NCBI GenBank assembly: GCA_036337035.1
Contig: JAYZFC010000002.1
Span: 115,051 to 179,050 of the forward strand
Direction: 5' to 3'
From: Pseudomonadota bacterium
GTDB lineage: Bacteria > Pseudomonadota > Gammaproteobacteria > Steroidobacterales > Rariloculaceae
Length of the DNA: 64,000 nt
A model generated the notes under the pieces. That model worked only from the letters and a program-made list of their open reading frames with translations. It had not been told where the DNA came from and made no database searches. The position numbers and the translations under genes were made by a program. This document shows positions 41,033 to 51,042 of this stretch, in pieces (position 1 is the stretch's first letter; each line of letters begins with the position of its first letter).

Positions 41033-41527
41033 TTGCCTCTTGCTTACTACCATAACCTAAATCGATCAGATAAATCTATTTATAGGAAAAGTGATAAAAT
41101 AAAAAATATTAAATTAAAAAAATTAATGATTTTAAGAAAACTAATCATCTCTATTAAGAATAATCTTAAAGCTGAAGATAAAAAAAATCTTGAAAAAAAA
41201 ATTCGGGAATTTTTAAATGAATTAACTGATTCGCTTGGTATTGAAAAAGTTAATATAAAGCTACTTGGTAGTAGGCCAGATAATAGCTGGGGTGAATTAC
41301 ATGGTCTATATGAACAAGCAGAGGGTAGAAAAAAAGCTATAATTACTCTGTGGATGAAAACAGCAAAAAGAAAAAAAGTTATTGCTTATAAAACTTTTGT
41401 TAGAACTCTGCTTCATGAAGTTTGCCATCATTTTGATTATACTCTTCTGAAACTTGAAGATTCTTTCCACACAGAAGGATTTTTTTATAGAGAATCTAGC
41501 CTTTATAAGCAACTAGTAATAAATTAA
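41033..41527 (+). CDS. Hypothetical basic protein with HExxH zinc motif
   Basis: RTLLHEVCHHFD followed by SFHTEGF; TTG start immediately after the upstream stop. Confidence 0.65.
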   Translation: MPLAYYHNLNRSDKSIYRKSDKIKNIKLKKLMILRKLIISIKNNLKAEDKKNLEKKIREFLNELTDSLGIEKVNIKLLGSRPDNSWGELHGLYEQAEGRKKAIITLWMKTAKRKKVIAYKTFVRTLLHEVCHHFDYTLLKLEDSFHTEGFFYRESSLYKQLVIN

Positions 41528-41530
41528 TTC

Positions 41531-42088
41531 TCAGTCAGATTCTAGCCTACTATATTTTTTTTCTAATACTGGTATTTCAAAAACATTTATTGTCATAGAA
41601 ATAAATGAGTAATATCCTACTAAGGCAGTCATGTCAACAAGTCCTTCTTCTCCAAAATAATTTTTTGCACTCTCATAAAGATCATCTTCTATAATTTTTT
41701 TCTCAAGTATCGACTTCGTAAAGGCATAAATACATTCTTCCTGATTACTCCGAAATTCTGGAACTTGACTCTCCTTAATTGATTTAATAATGCTTTTAGG
41801 AATGCCTAGATCTAAAGCAATTTCTTTATGAAATTCCCATTCATATTTTGAATCCCAATACCTTGCTACCAATAAAATAATTATTTCTATCAATTCAGGT
41901 CTCAAAGAGCTTTCATACCTAATAGACTCGCCTAATAATTGCGCACGATCTGCTAATTCTGGCTTAACTAACCACTTATAAATAGGGCTAGGCACTTTAC
42001 CTCTAGGTCCATCTATTATTTTATTAATTACTTTAATTTGTTGGGTATTCAAAGCATCTTTATCAGGAATGGTAAACCTTCTAATCAT
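41531..42088 (-). CDS. Carboxymuconolactone decarboxylase/AhpD family protein
   Basis: GPRG, EI.IL.VAR.W.S.YEW..H, GEEGLVD...LVGYY. Confidence 0.85.
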   Translation of the reverse strand: MIRRFTIPDKDALNTQQIKVINKIIDGPRGKVPSPIYKWLVKPELADRAQLLGESIRYESSLRPELIEIIILLVARYWDSKYEWEFHKEIALDLGIPKSIIKSIKESQVPEFRSNQEECIYAFTKSILEKKIIEDDLYESAKNYFGEEGLVDMTALVGYYSFISMTINVFEIPVLEKKYSRLESD

Positions 42089-42194
42089 ATAATCTCCTAA
42101 ATAAAATTCAATTTATATTACAAAACTTGCTTTCAAAATAAATAATTAGCTATGCTGTAATAGTAAATTATCATGAATCTAGGGGATCATTATA

Positions 42195-42704
42195 ATGCTA
42201 TATTTAAAATTGTTTTTTAGTTTTTTTATTATTTTTTTTATATTGGGTTGTAGTGAATCAACCAACGATGTTTCTTCTAGCGAGAACACTCTCTCCATAG
42301 ATACTGATTCTCCTGAATATCGTGCCATAGTGTTCAGACAATCATTACTTCAGGTCATTGCATATAAATCAGGCTCGATTAGAGATATGGCTAATGGAGA
42401 AATAGAGGTAAATGAACAAATATTTGTGAGAGATTCAAATGATTTAGCCGCTGCTTCAAATATGCTAGTAGAAGGTTTTATTGAAGGATCTAGTAGAGCA
42501 TCATACTCAAATAGTTTTGCTTCGCCTGATATATGGTCAAACTGGGATGATTTTTTAGAAAAAGCTGTTAATTTACAAGTAGCTGCAAAAGAAGTTAGCG
42601 AACTAGCAATGACAGGCGGTTTTGTAGCAGCTCAAGCAGCTGTGCAAGAACTAGGAAGCAATTGCGGTGCTTGCCATAGACCATATAGGATAAGAAACGA
42701 TTAA
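42195..42704 (+). CDS. Cytochrome c' (class II), probable lipoprotein
   Basis: C-terminal CGACHRPYR; A.P.IW.NW..F; lipobox ILGC. Confidence 0.88.
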   Translation: MLYLKLFFSFFIIFFILGCSESTNDVSSSENTLSIDTDSPEYRAIVFRQSLLQVIAYKSGSIRDMANGEIEVNEQIFVRDSNDLAAASNMLVEGFIEGSSRASYSNSFASPDIWSNWDDFLEKAVNLQVAAKEVSELAMTGGFVAAQAAVQELGSNCGACHRPYRIRND

Positions 42705-42716
42705 TTTTTCATCTAG

Positions 42717-43397
42717 CTATATATTTGATAGCAATAGAACAATTATTGATGCTGCTAGCAATGCAATTAAAGCTTTAATTATTTTTGATTCTTTTATTTC
42801 TTCACTTGCATCAATGTCTCCCTTCTTTCCAGAAAACATAGGGAAGATTAAATTCTCTTTTTTAACAAGGAGATGAAAAAATATCGCAAAGAGATGAATA
42901 AAAATCATGCTAACAATAAATAACTCAAAATTTTCATGGTGAAGTCCGGTAATTGAACTACCGGCAGCCGATGAGATAAAATCATTTAATGGCCCCTTAA
43001 AGTAGCCGTCATAATCAGTAGCAAAAAGGCCTGTAATTGTCTGAAACAATAACAAAGACAACATAATAAATACTGCGATAGATCCTAGTGGATTATGGCC
43101 AACATATTTTTTAGCGCTAGAAGAAAAAATACTCTTCAGATAGAAGATAACTTCTTTAATACCAAAAATAAAATTCTTAAATAAAGAATGTCTTGTACCA
43201 ATAAAGCCCCAAATAATCCTAAAGATAAGAAGAGCAAGTATGGCTTGTCCGGCGAGCATGTGTAAATCCATATCTCCAGAAACCTTAACTGTATACCAAG
43301 CAAGGGCAACAAAAATTACTAAAAGCCAATGAAATATTCTCAGAGGTAGGTCCCAAATCATTTTTTTCAACTTTTTCTCCAAAAAAAGGTTAATCAA
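42717..43397 (-). CDS. Di-heme cytochrome b (Ni/Fe-hydrogenase b-type family)
   Basis: IWDLPLRIFHW, H..AG, RIIWGFIG, GHNPLG, H...H; start may be the ATG at 43361. Confidence 0.88.
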   Translation of the reverse strand: MINLFLEKKLKKMIWDLPLRIFHWLLVIFVALAWYTVKVSGDMDLHMLAGQAILALLIFRIIWGFIGTRHSLFKNFIFGIKEVIFYLKSIFSSSAKKYVGHNPLGSIAVFIMLSLLLFQTITGLFATDYDGYFKGPLNDFISSAAGSSITGLHHENFELFIVSMIFIHLFAIFFHLLVKKENLIFPMFSGKKGDIDASEEIKESKIIKALIALLAASIIVLLLSNI

Positions 43398-43454
43398 TTA
43401 GCAAGGATATGAGATGATCAGCATTTATTCAACAAATTAACTAAGGAATCTTTT

Positions 43455-44033
43455 ATGATAAATACAAAAAAAGTTATAACATTTTTTCTAATATCGATGG
43501 GTATAACCTCTATTACTTATTCTGTTGCTGCAGAATATGATATAGATATTGGAGGACAACATGCATCTATTCAATGGAAAACAAGTCATCAGGGATTTAG
43601 TATGCTAACTGGAAGGTTTAATACTTTTGATGGAAGTTTTTACTGGGATGAAAATGACCCCTCTTCTGCTTCTGTTGAAATAACTATTGATATGACTAGT
43701 AGTGACTCTAATCATTCTGTTCGAGATGGACATCTTCAAGGACCAAACTATATGAATGCTGCCGAGCATCCTACTGCAACTTTCTCTAGTACTAGCTATG
43801 AAGGTGACAGTCAAAGTGGAACTCTAAATGGTAACCTAACCATGAATGGAGTGACCCGATCAATCGCATTACCTATTAACAAAATAGGAGAAGGTTCAGG
43901 AATGCAGATGGGTATGAATGTTTATAAAGCTGGCTTCGAAGGCAATATGATTATAAACCCTCAGGATTTTAATTTTGAAAGGCCAGCAACACCAGTTGAA
44001 ATCGAAATCAATTTTGAAGGAAATAGAAGATAA
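43455..44033 (+). CDS. YceI-like polyisoprenoid-binding periplasmic protein
   Basis: HASI.W..SH.GFS...GRF, RDGHL, P.ATF.ST, GNLTMNGVT. Confidence 0.9.
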   Translation: MINTKKVITFFLISMGITSITYSVAAEYDIDIGGQHASIQWKTSHQGFSMLTGRFNTFDGSFYWDENDPSSASVEITIDMTSSDSNHSVRDGHLQGPNYMNAAEHPTATFSSTSYEGDSQSGTLNGNLTMNGVTRSIALPINKIGEGSGMQMGMNVYKAGFEGNMIINPQDFNFERPATPVEIEINFEGNRR

Positions 44034-44053
44034 TATTAATTTTTTATTAGCTG

Positions 44054-44090
44054 AAATACCGGTTTTTGCGATTAGCATTAACCGGTATTT
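44054..44090. terminator. Probable bidirectional terminator
   Basis: AAATACCGGTT...AACCGGTATTT inverted repeat between convergent genes. Confidence 0.7.
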
Positions 44091-44108
44091 ATTAAAAATA
44101 TAATTCCA

Positions 44109-45002
44109 TTAATGACTTAGGCTCTGATAAAGAAGCCTATTGAAATTCTCTGGATTCATAAAGCCACCACCATAAATTTCATCAAACTCAGAAGTAGCTC
44201 CTGCAGCTATAGCTTGATCTTCAGACAGGCCTTGATCAATTAGATTTTGCATATTAGCTCTTGCTACCTTAAGCATGTCTAACCAAACACCTAGTCCCTT
44301 AGCATCTGACAGAGATCCATGACCTGGAATTATCCTAGTATCTTTATCTGCTAATGATAATGCTTGATAGCCTGCTGATATTATCCCATTTATATCTCCC
44401 CCACTACCAACATCAATAAACGGATAATATCCATTAAAAAAATTATCTCCCATATGAATAATATTAGCTTCTTCAAAATGTAGAATAGAGTCTCCATCAG
44501 TATGGGCTGGAGCAACATGGATCACTCTAATTGTGTCAGCGTTCCAGTGGAAAGTTAATTCATCAGTAAAAGTTACAACTGGAAGAGAGGCATCTGATGA
44601 GGCGGGTATAGTTTGATTAAATATGGCCCTAAATTGATCAGTACTCATTCTTTCCCTAACATTCTCATGGGCAATAATTAATGCACCTTGCTCACCCATA
44701 GCCTCATTACCTCCAGTGTGATCTCCATGATAATGAGTATTAACTAAAAATTTTATCTCTCCATCATCAATATCAGCTACAGCAGATAATATTTTTTCAC
44801 TTAGAGGTGCATATTGATCATCAATCATAAAAATACCATCATCTCCAACACTTACTCCAATATTGCCTCCAGCTCCAATCAACATATAAACACCGTTAGA
44901 TATATGAACAGTTTGTATCTGAACTTGTGAAAAATCTTGTGCTAAGGCATTAGTAAAGAAAATTAATAATAATAATCTAAATATATTTTTCATCGTTATC
45001 AC
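44109..45002 (-). CDS. Exported metallo-beta-lactamase-fold protein (cyclase-like)
   Basis: Signal peptide; GGNIG, NTHYHGDHTGGN, AHTDGD, HMGD, IPGHG. Confidence 0.9.
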   Translation of the reverse strand: MITMKNIFRLLLLIFFTNALAQDFSQVQIQTVHISNGVYMLIGAGGNIGVSVGDDGIFMIDDQYAPLSEKILSAVADIDDGEIKFLVNTHYHGDHTGGNEAMGEQGALIIAHENVRERMSTDQFRAIFNQTIPASSDASLPVVTFTDELTFHWNADTIRVIHVAPAHTDGDSILHFEEANIIHMGDNFFNGYYPFIDVGSGGDINGIISAGYQALSLADKDTRIIPGHGSLSDAKGLGVWLDMLKVARANMQNLIDQGLSEDQAIAAGATSEFDEIYGGGFMNPENFNRLLYQSLSH

Positions 45003-45394
45003 TTACTCCTTAATATCTCATCAATAATAAATAAATCAGTTAGTAAAGCTCTCAAATGAATAGAAGCATTAACATTGTCTATTAGCTGAGAACTTATTCC
45101 ATCTTTCTCTATCAACAGACTAACTAAACCTTGAGTAACCTTAATATCTTGACCAAACGCTAATAAAAAATCATCACTAGAAGCACTAGTGCTATCAAAT
45201 AGATCCTTGACAACTAAATCAAGGCCATTTAATGCTTTCTGCATTTTTAGCAAAAAATCTCTTAAATCAGAAGAAGAACCATCCTTACTATCTGACTCTT
45301 TACCTTGCGCCGCATATGCGAGCATATATTCATAGCAAGACTCTATTGCATCAATACGAACTTCTAAATTATTACTTTCATTATTATTTTTCAT
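44999..45394 (-). CDS. Hypothetical protein
   Basis: IE..YEYMLAYAAQG and ISSQLIDN.NASIHLRALLTDLF; overlaps the downstream gene. Confidence 0.65.
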   Translation of the reverse strand: MKNNNESNNLEVRIDAIESCYEYMLAYAAQGKESDSKDGSSSDLRDFLLKMQKALNGLDLVVKDLFDSTSASSDDFLLAFGQDIKVTQGLVSLLIEKDGISSQLIDNVNASIHLRALLTDLFIIDEILRSK

Positions 45395-45420
45395 ATTTTA
45401 TTAGTTAGTTATCTTTTTAG

Positions 45421-46068
45421 CTAATCATCTAATTTCCATTGGTTTTTATCATAATATTTTTCATATTCATCTTTCGTGATTAAGCCAGTTATCATAGATC
45501 TCAATAATCTTATTCTGACAACACCAAAATATACATGAATTATGACTAAAGTTATCAGAAATAAAGCGCCGATATCATGAAAAGTATATATCAATCCCCA
45601 TAACTCTTCTGAAAAATAATATAAATTACTACTCCAAAAAGGAGAATCAATCTTTATCATCATAAGTATTCCAGTCACTATGGTGATTAAAATAAATAAA
45701 GTAAAAGCATGATGAACTAATTTAGCTGATAAAGAATATTTTCCAGATTTATTATTTAGAATCTTCAATGATGTAAAAAATAATAAGAAGCTTTTAATAA
45801 GATTAGCTAATTCTTCTTTACTTATAAACATTGATTTTATTTTTTGAAAAAATATTACTCTCAAAATATGAAATATAATAAGAACAAGCAATACCAAACC
45901 TGTAAACCAATGGATAAACAACCAGGAAAAATTAAATCCTAAAATTGGTAAAAAACCAGTAATAAGCAAAATAAGAGTACAGATAGCAAATAACCAATGA
46001 AGAGCTCTATCAATGAGGCTATGCTTTATAATCAAATGATCAGATATATTGGCGTTTTTTTTTGACAC
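45421..46068 (-). CDS. Cytochrome b/b6-type (formate dehydrogenase gamma-like) membrane protein
   Basis: KH...DR.LHW, HW.TG, H, GKY....K, HD, HVYF, SMITG; 4 TM helices. Confidence 0.85.
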   Translation of the reverse strand: MSKKNANISDHLIIKHSLIDRALHWLFAICTLILLITGFLPILGFNFSWLFIHWFTGLVLLVLIIFHILRVIFFQKIKSMFISKEELANLIKSFLLFFTSLKILNNKSGKYSLSAKLVHHAFTLFILITIVTGILMMIKIDSPFWSSNLYYFSEELWGLIYTFHDIGALFLITLVIIHVYFGVVRIRLLRSMITGLITKDEYEKYYDKNQWKLDD

Positions 46069-46083
46069 ACGATTTCCAAAAAA

Positions 46084-46230
46084 CTATCTTTTCTTTAATA
46101 GCCAATTAAAAAAAGCGTGGATTATAATAACAGCTACAGCAAAGAAAAAGAAAATCGGTATCAAGTCCCAAGATGCTCCTTGAATTATTTTTTGACCCCA
46201 TATGTTATTACTAAAACGTAAGACTTCCAT
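46084..46230 (-). CDS. 48-aa membrane peptide in frame with the downstream cytochrome b (not in ORF track)
   Basis: MEVLRFSNNIWGQKIIQGASWDLIPIFFFFAVAVIIIHAFFNWLLKKR then TAG; fills the gap after the FAD subunit. Confidence 0.65.
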   Translation of the reverse strand: MEVLRFSNNIWGQKIIQGASWDLIPIFFFFAVAVIIIHAFFNWLLKKR

Positions 46231-46240
46231 TAAAATATAG

Positions 46241-47230
46241 TTACGCGTCTCTTATAGATCTTTTTACAAGATTTTCTAAAAGCGGAATTTTAAAATGATT
46301 ATAGTTAAGAGGGGTTGCTCCTCTTATTGCAGCTTGGCCCGCTAAGCTAGCAGTATCTTCATTTTTTGGGCTTCCTTTCACTACCTGCTCAACAACAGAT
46401 AATCTTCTTGGTGTGCACTGAACAGCGCCTGCAACAATACGAATATCAATAATTGTATCATTCTCAATTATCATTGCTGTAGCTATATTAACAAGGGAAA
46501 AATCCCAGGTATTTCTATCAGATACTTTTTCAAAATAAAAAGTGGCGCCAGACCAAGTGGAGGGAATAATAACTTTAGTCAATATTTCACCAGGCTCAAT
46601 AATAGTCATTCTCTCTATATCTATATCTGGACCAATAAAAAATTCTTCAGCAGGAACTTCTCTCTCTCCACTGGCGCCTCTAATAACCATCAATGCATCA
46701 AGCGCAACCATTGAAGAAGCTGTATCTGATGGCGTTACAGCTACACAGCGATCCGCCCCCCAAAGACAATGTTCTCTATTTTGGCCTTGTGGAGTATCTG
46801 CATAGCAAGAACTGCCACCAGCTCTATAACAATCTACTCCATAACGATAATACCAACATCTTGCATCTTGATTTAAATTTCCACCTATAGTTCCAGTATT
46901 TCTGATTTGTGGACTAGCTACCTTTCTCGCAGAGTCACTTAATAGAGAGAAATTATTTTTTATTACTGGGCTCGATGCAATCTCAGCTAAAGAAGTTAGT
47001 GCACCAATTTCGACTCCCCTATTGGTCTCAGTAATACCTTTCAACTCATTGATCCCATTTAAATCAATTAAATTAGGTGAATATTTAGCTCGGTCCTTAA
47101 ACCAAGAAAATGTATCGTGACCTCCAGCTAATATCCATCCATCTCCTTTAAACTTATCTAAAAGATTAACAGCATCATCCAAATTATCAGGCTGGAATAA
47201 CTCAAAATTTTGCATCATATCTTTTGGCAT
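46241..47230 (-). CDS. Xanthine dehydrogenase family FAD-binding subunit (PaoB/YagS-like)
   Basis: LAGGHD, IGAL, ASPQIRN.GTIGGN; RCWYYR..C..C..HC insertion typical of the 4Fe-4S-bearing type; N.FK. Confidence 0.9.
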   Translation of the reverse strand: MPKDMMQNFELFQPDNLDDAVNLLDKFKGDGWILAGGHDTFSWFKDRAKYSPNLIDLNGINELKGITETNRGVEIGALTSLAEIASSPVIKNNFSLLSDSARKVASPQIRNTGTIGGNLNQDARCWYYRYGVDCYRAGGSSCYADTPQGQNREHCLWGADRCVAVTPSDTASSMVALDALMVIRGASGEREVPAEEFFIGPDIDIERMTIIEPGEILTKVIIPSTWSGATFYFEKVSDRNTWDFSLVNIATAMIIENDTIIDIRIVAGAVQCTPRRLSVVEQVVKGSPKNEDTASLAGQAAIRGATPLNYNHFKIPLLENLVKRSIRDA

Positions 47231-47862
47231 TAACTTACCTCTGAAGCTTTCATAACTGAATTTAAATAATGATCATATGCCCCACATCTACATAAATTTC
47301 CTGACATTGCTTGACGCGCCTCATCTCTTGATGGATGAGGGTTTGACTCAAGTAGAGCAACTGCTGACATAACTTGTCCTGGAGTGCAAAAACCACACTG
47401 AGGTCCAAGCTCATCAATCATTGCTTGCTGCACAGGATGGAGTTCGCCATTGGGTCCTTGTAATCCTTCTATAGAAGTAACTTGTCTGTCTTTTACAGAA
47501 TGAGTAAGTGTAGAACAAGAATAATTTGGCACACCATCAATTAGTAAGGTACAAGCACCACACTCTCCTCTATCACAGCCTAACTTAGTTCCAGTTAAGC
47601 CTAACTTATATCTTAAAGTCATGGCTAGAGTTTCGTTAGGAAGAACATCAACCCTTCTAACCTGCCCATTAACATTTAGAGAAATTAACCTTTCTACCGA
47701 TCCTAAAACAGACTGATCCGATGAACACCCAGCTAAACTAAAAACATAACCACTTGATGATATTGCTGTTCCAGAAGCTATAACCCCTTTAATAAATGTT
47801 CTTCTAGATGATCGAATTACTTCTAAATTTTTATTTTCTTCAAGCATATAATTAATATCCAA
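47230..47862 (-). CDS. Xanthine dehydrogenase family 2x[2Fe-2S] subunit with Tat signal (PaoA/YagT-like)
   Basis: SSRRTFIKG twin-arginine motif; GCDRGECGACT..C; QCGFC..GNLCRC. Confidence 0.93.
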   Translation of the reverse strand: MDINYMLEENKNLEVIRSSRRTFIKGVIASGTAISSSGYVFSLAGCSSDQSVLGSVERLISLNVNGQVRRVDVLPNETLAMTLRYKLGLTGTKLGCDRGECGACTLLIDGVPNYSCSTLTHSVKDRQVTSIEGLQGPNGELHPVQQAMIDELGPQCGFCTPGQVMSAVALLESNPHPSRDEARQAMSGNLCRCGAYDHYLNSVMKASEVS

Positions 47863-47868
47863 TCTAAA

Positions 47869-50271
47869 TTAAGCAGTATTTACATCTAGAGGACTATGGG
47901 ACTGTCCTCGCCCAGAAACAACATTAACAATCATGTCGGGTGTTATCGGAACACGATTAAAATAATGTCCGCCTAGTGCATCTGAAATAGCACAAACTAA
48001 GGCAGCGGCGGCACAACCTTGTACTGGCTCACCCATACCTTTAGCTCCAACGGGATTTTGAGGATCAGGAATCTCAGCAGCTGCAGTCTTCATCACAGAA
48101 GGGACATCCAAATAACTTGCAGGTTTATGATCTAAAAATCCTAGGTTCCCGGGCAGTCCATTCTGGGGATCATATATATGCTTCTCAAAAGCTGCTAAAC
48201 CAAACCCCTGAACTGCTCCGCCACTTATTTGTGTTGATAATCCTTTTGGATGTAAAACAGTTCCGCAATCAGAAACTCCCAGATAATCTATAATTTCAAA
48301 CTTGCCAGTTTCAATATCTAATTCTATTTCAATAAAACCAACTGCTATTCCAGCAACCAATCCATTTCGATACAGATTATCTTTAGATACGCCGATTAAA
48401 CCAGTTCCTGCCAAACTTGAAACTGAGGATTTGGTAATAGGATGTAAATCCTCTGGTGAATCATACCCAGAATACTTGCCACCAATCTCAATAGCTCTTT
48501 TTGCTATGTCTGAAAATGTCATTCTTTTCGTTGGCTCTAGAATTAAAAATACCTCTTCGCCTGCAATATCATAATCTTCTTCCGAACCTCCCATATCAAG
48601 AGCTGCTATTTCTTTTATTTTTTGGAGAGCATCAATTGCAGCAACATAACTTTGGCGAGTCGTAGTAAAAGAGGTATTACTTCCACTTTGAGTTGGGCTC
48701 CATGCAAGATGTTTTCTGCTGTCTCCTCTAACAACAACACAGTTATCCCAATTATATTTCAATACCTCTGCTGCCACTCTTGAAGTTGATGTATGAGAAT
48801 AAGTACCTAGGTTTCCGACTCCACTATGAATATGTAACTTACCATCAGGGGTAATCCTGATTAAGCCATCATAACCATTTCTACCGGCTGGATGAAAACC
48901 CTGGCCAATGCCAACGCCTCGAACTTTTGATCCATTTTTTTGTCCACTTCTTTGCTTCATTTCATTCCACATAGATAAGCCTTTATCTAAACATTCTCTC
49001 TGATAAGCGCTTGTAACAGGACCTTGATTTGCATAATATTTGGCATCATTATCAGCGGCATTAACCCTTCTAATCTCAATACGATCAATATTAAGTTCCT
49101 TTGCAGCCTTATCAATTAGAGGCTCAACTGCAGCTGCAATTTGATTTTCTCCAGGTCCTCTCATAGCTGCTCTTGGTGGTGTATTTGTTTCAACAGGTAC
49201 TGCTTGCATTCGTAATGCTTCAGGCTGATATAACAAAGAAACCGCTGAAGCTGCAGCATCAAAATCATCAAAACCTCTATATGGACCATTTTCTTGGACA
49301 ACATAAAGATCAGCGGCCATCATTCTTCCATCATTTCGAAATCCTAGTTTTACTCTTCCTTGAAAGCCTGGTCTTGCCCTGCCAATATAAAATTCTTCTG
49401 CTCGACTAATGCGCATCATTACCGGTCTTTGAATTTTTTTTGCCATAAATGCAGGAATAGCCATAGTAGAATAGGGAGCTGCCTTTGAGCCAAATCCCCC
49501 GCCACAAAATTCGCCTATATAAACTAAATTCTCAATCTTTATTCCTAAAAAATTTGCTAGGCCTGGCATAATAGCTGACTGACTTTGAGTGGAGCCATAG
49601 ATATAACATTTATTATTCTCCCAATTAGCCATAGTCGTTCTGGGCTCCATACATAAATGTGAATTACCAGCTGTAACAAAAGTCTCATCAATCACTAAAT
49701 CAGAAGAATTAAACGCAGATTGTAAATCTCCAAAACTCCATGATTCTGTTGGCTCACCCATCGGTAAAGTATTTTCATCGACGCTTACAAAATCTCTTGC
49801 TGTCCACTTATGTGAAGCAATAGAGCGAGGATTTGCAAACTTCATTATATTTCCATCAGATCTTGCGTCAGGACCTCCAGGGTATAAGCTTTCAAGTGGA
49901 TCTAATGTAAATGGCAATACATCATAATTAATTTGAATACTATCTATTGCATCCTGAGCAATAGCTTCACTGGTTGCAGCTACTGCAAGTATTGGGTCAC
50001 CTACATATAAAGGTTCATTAGTTAAAATTGGTTCAACTACATTGTTCTGTTCAGGAACTTCGTCAGCAGTTAGAACGCCCAAAACACCTTCCATAGCTAA
50101 GGCTTCAGAATAATTTATATTAGAAATCTTTGCATGAGGAACTGGGCTAGTAAGTAAGCGACAAAAAACCATCCCCTCAAGTCGAAAGTCTTCAGCATAT
50201 TTAGCCTTACCAGTTACCTTTGCACGGATATCAGGTGGAATAAAGTCTTTTCCAATTATTTTATATGACAT
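47869..50271 (-). CDS. Xanthine dehydrogenase family molybdopterin-binding subunit
   Basis: KVTGKAKYAED, GGGFGSK, AMRGPG, QISGG, GAKGMGEP (catalytic Glu). Confidence 0.93.
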   Translation of the reverse strand: MSYKIIGKDFIPPDIRAKVTGKAKYAEDFRLEGMVFCRLLTSPVPHAKISNINYSEALAMEGVLGVLTADEVPEQNNVVEPILTNEPLYVGDPILAVAATSEAIAQDAIDSIQINYDVLPFTLDPLESLYPGGPDARSDGNIMKFANPRSIASHKWTARDFVSVDENTLPMGEPTESWSFGDLQSAFNSSDLVIDETFVTAGNSHLCMEPRTTMANWENNKCYIYGSTQSQSAIMPGLANFLGIKIENLVYIGEFCGGGFGSKAAPYSTMAIPAFMAKKIQRPVMMRISRAEEFYIGRARPGFQGRVKLGFRNDGRMMAADLYVVQENGPYRGFDDFDAAASAVSLLYQPEALRMQAVPVETNTPPRAAMRGPGENQIAAAVEPLIDKAAKELNIDRIEIRRVNAADNDAKYYANQGPVTSAYQRECLDKGLSMWNEMKQRSGQKNGSKVRGVGIGQGFHPAGRNGYDGLIRITPDGKLHIHSGVGNLGTYSHTSTSRVAAEVLKYNWDNCVVVRGDSRKHLAWSPTQSGSNTSFTTTRQSYVAAIDALQKIKEIAALDMGGSEEDYDIAGEEVFLILEPTKRMTFSDIAKRAIEIGGKYSGYDSPEDLHPITKSSVSSLAGTGLIGVSKDNLYRNGLVAGIAVGFIEIELDIETGKFEIIDYLGVSDCGTVLHPKGLSTQISGGAVQGFGLAAFEKHIYDPQNGLPGNLGFLDHKPASYLDVPSVMKTAAAEIPDPQNPVGAKGMGEPVQGCAAAALVCAISDALGGHYFNRVPITPDMIVNVVSGRGQSHSPLDVNTA

Positions 50272-50433
50272 GATTGAATCCCTAGTTCTATATATTATTC
50301 TACATAAATTTTATTTTCTGTCTTGCTTAATTGGCAAATTAGAATAAATATCCAATACAATATAACCAACAAAATACTGTTTTTTCATCATTTTGTTTAA
50401 TATTATTATAGTAATTTAATAGAATTAACTATT

Positions 50434-51015
50434 ATGGAAAATTCAACTATAAACAGCCTATTATCTAGAAGATCCGTGTTAGCAAAAAATCTTTGCGAAC
50501 CAGGTCCAAAAGATGAAGAATTAGAGTTAATACTAAAAGCAGCAATAAGGGTTCCTGACCATGGCAGAATCGAACCTTGGAGGATTCAAATTTTACATAA
50601 GAATTCTCAATTAAAATTAGGCTCAATAATAGGAAAAATTTTTAAAAAAAATAATCCTGATGCGAGTGAAAAAAGGATACAGGTAGAAATTGATAAACCA
50701 TCTTTAGCGCCTTTACTATTAATTATCACCTCATATCCAGATAAAACTCGATTCGAAAAAATCCCTGAGATAGAACAAAAGCTGTCTTCGGCAGCAGTTT
50801 GTCAAAATATCTTAATAGCATCTTATGCTCTTAATTATGGAGCCCAATGGCTTACAGGATGGGCTACTTACTCAAAAGAAGTTAAGGAGGCTCTTGGGCA
50901 TCATAAGTCCATTGATATAGTTGGATTTATACACATAGGCACACCCGATAAATTACCTAATGAAAGAAAAAGACCGGAATTTGATTCAATCATCAGCAAA
51001 TGGCAAGATATATAA
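50434..51015 (+). CDS. Nitroreductase (YdjA-like)
   Basis: RRS, RVPDHG..EPWR, AQWLTG, GFIHIGTP. Confidence 0.9.
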   Translation: MENSTINSLLSRRSVLAKNLCEPGPKDEELELILKAAIRVPDHGRIEPWRIQILHKNSQLKLGSIIGKIFKKNNPDASEKRIQVEIDKPSLAPLLLIITSYPDKTRFEKIPEIEQKLSSAAVCQNILIASYALNYGAQWLTGWATYSKEVKEALGHHKSIDIVGFIHIGTPDKLPNERKRPEFDSIISKWQDI

Positions 51016-51042
51016 TCTTTAACTAGATCTAGGATATTTAAT

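Noticed and set aside
42717-46068. Hydrogenase or formate dehydrogenase inferred from the b-type cytochromes
   Set aside because: No catalytic NiFe or Mo-bisPGD subunits or maturation genes in the window
46084-46086. Genome-wide stop-codon reassignment or pyrrolysine
   Set aside because: TAG and TGA terminate many intact genes in this window, and no pyl genes are seen
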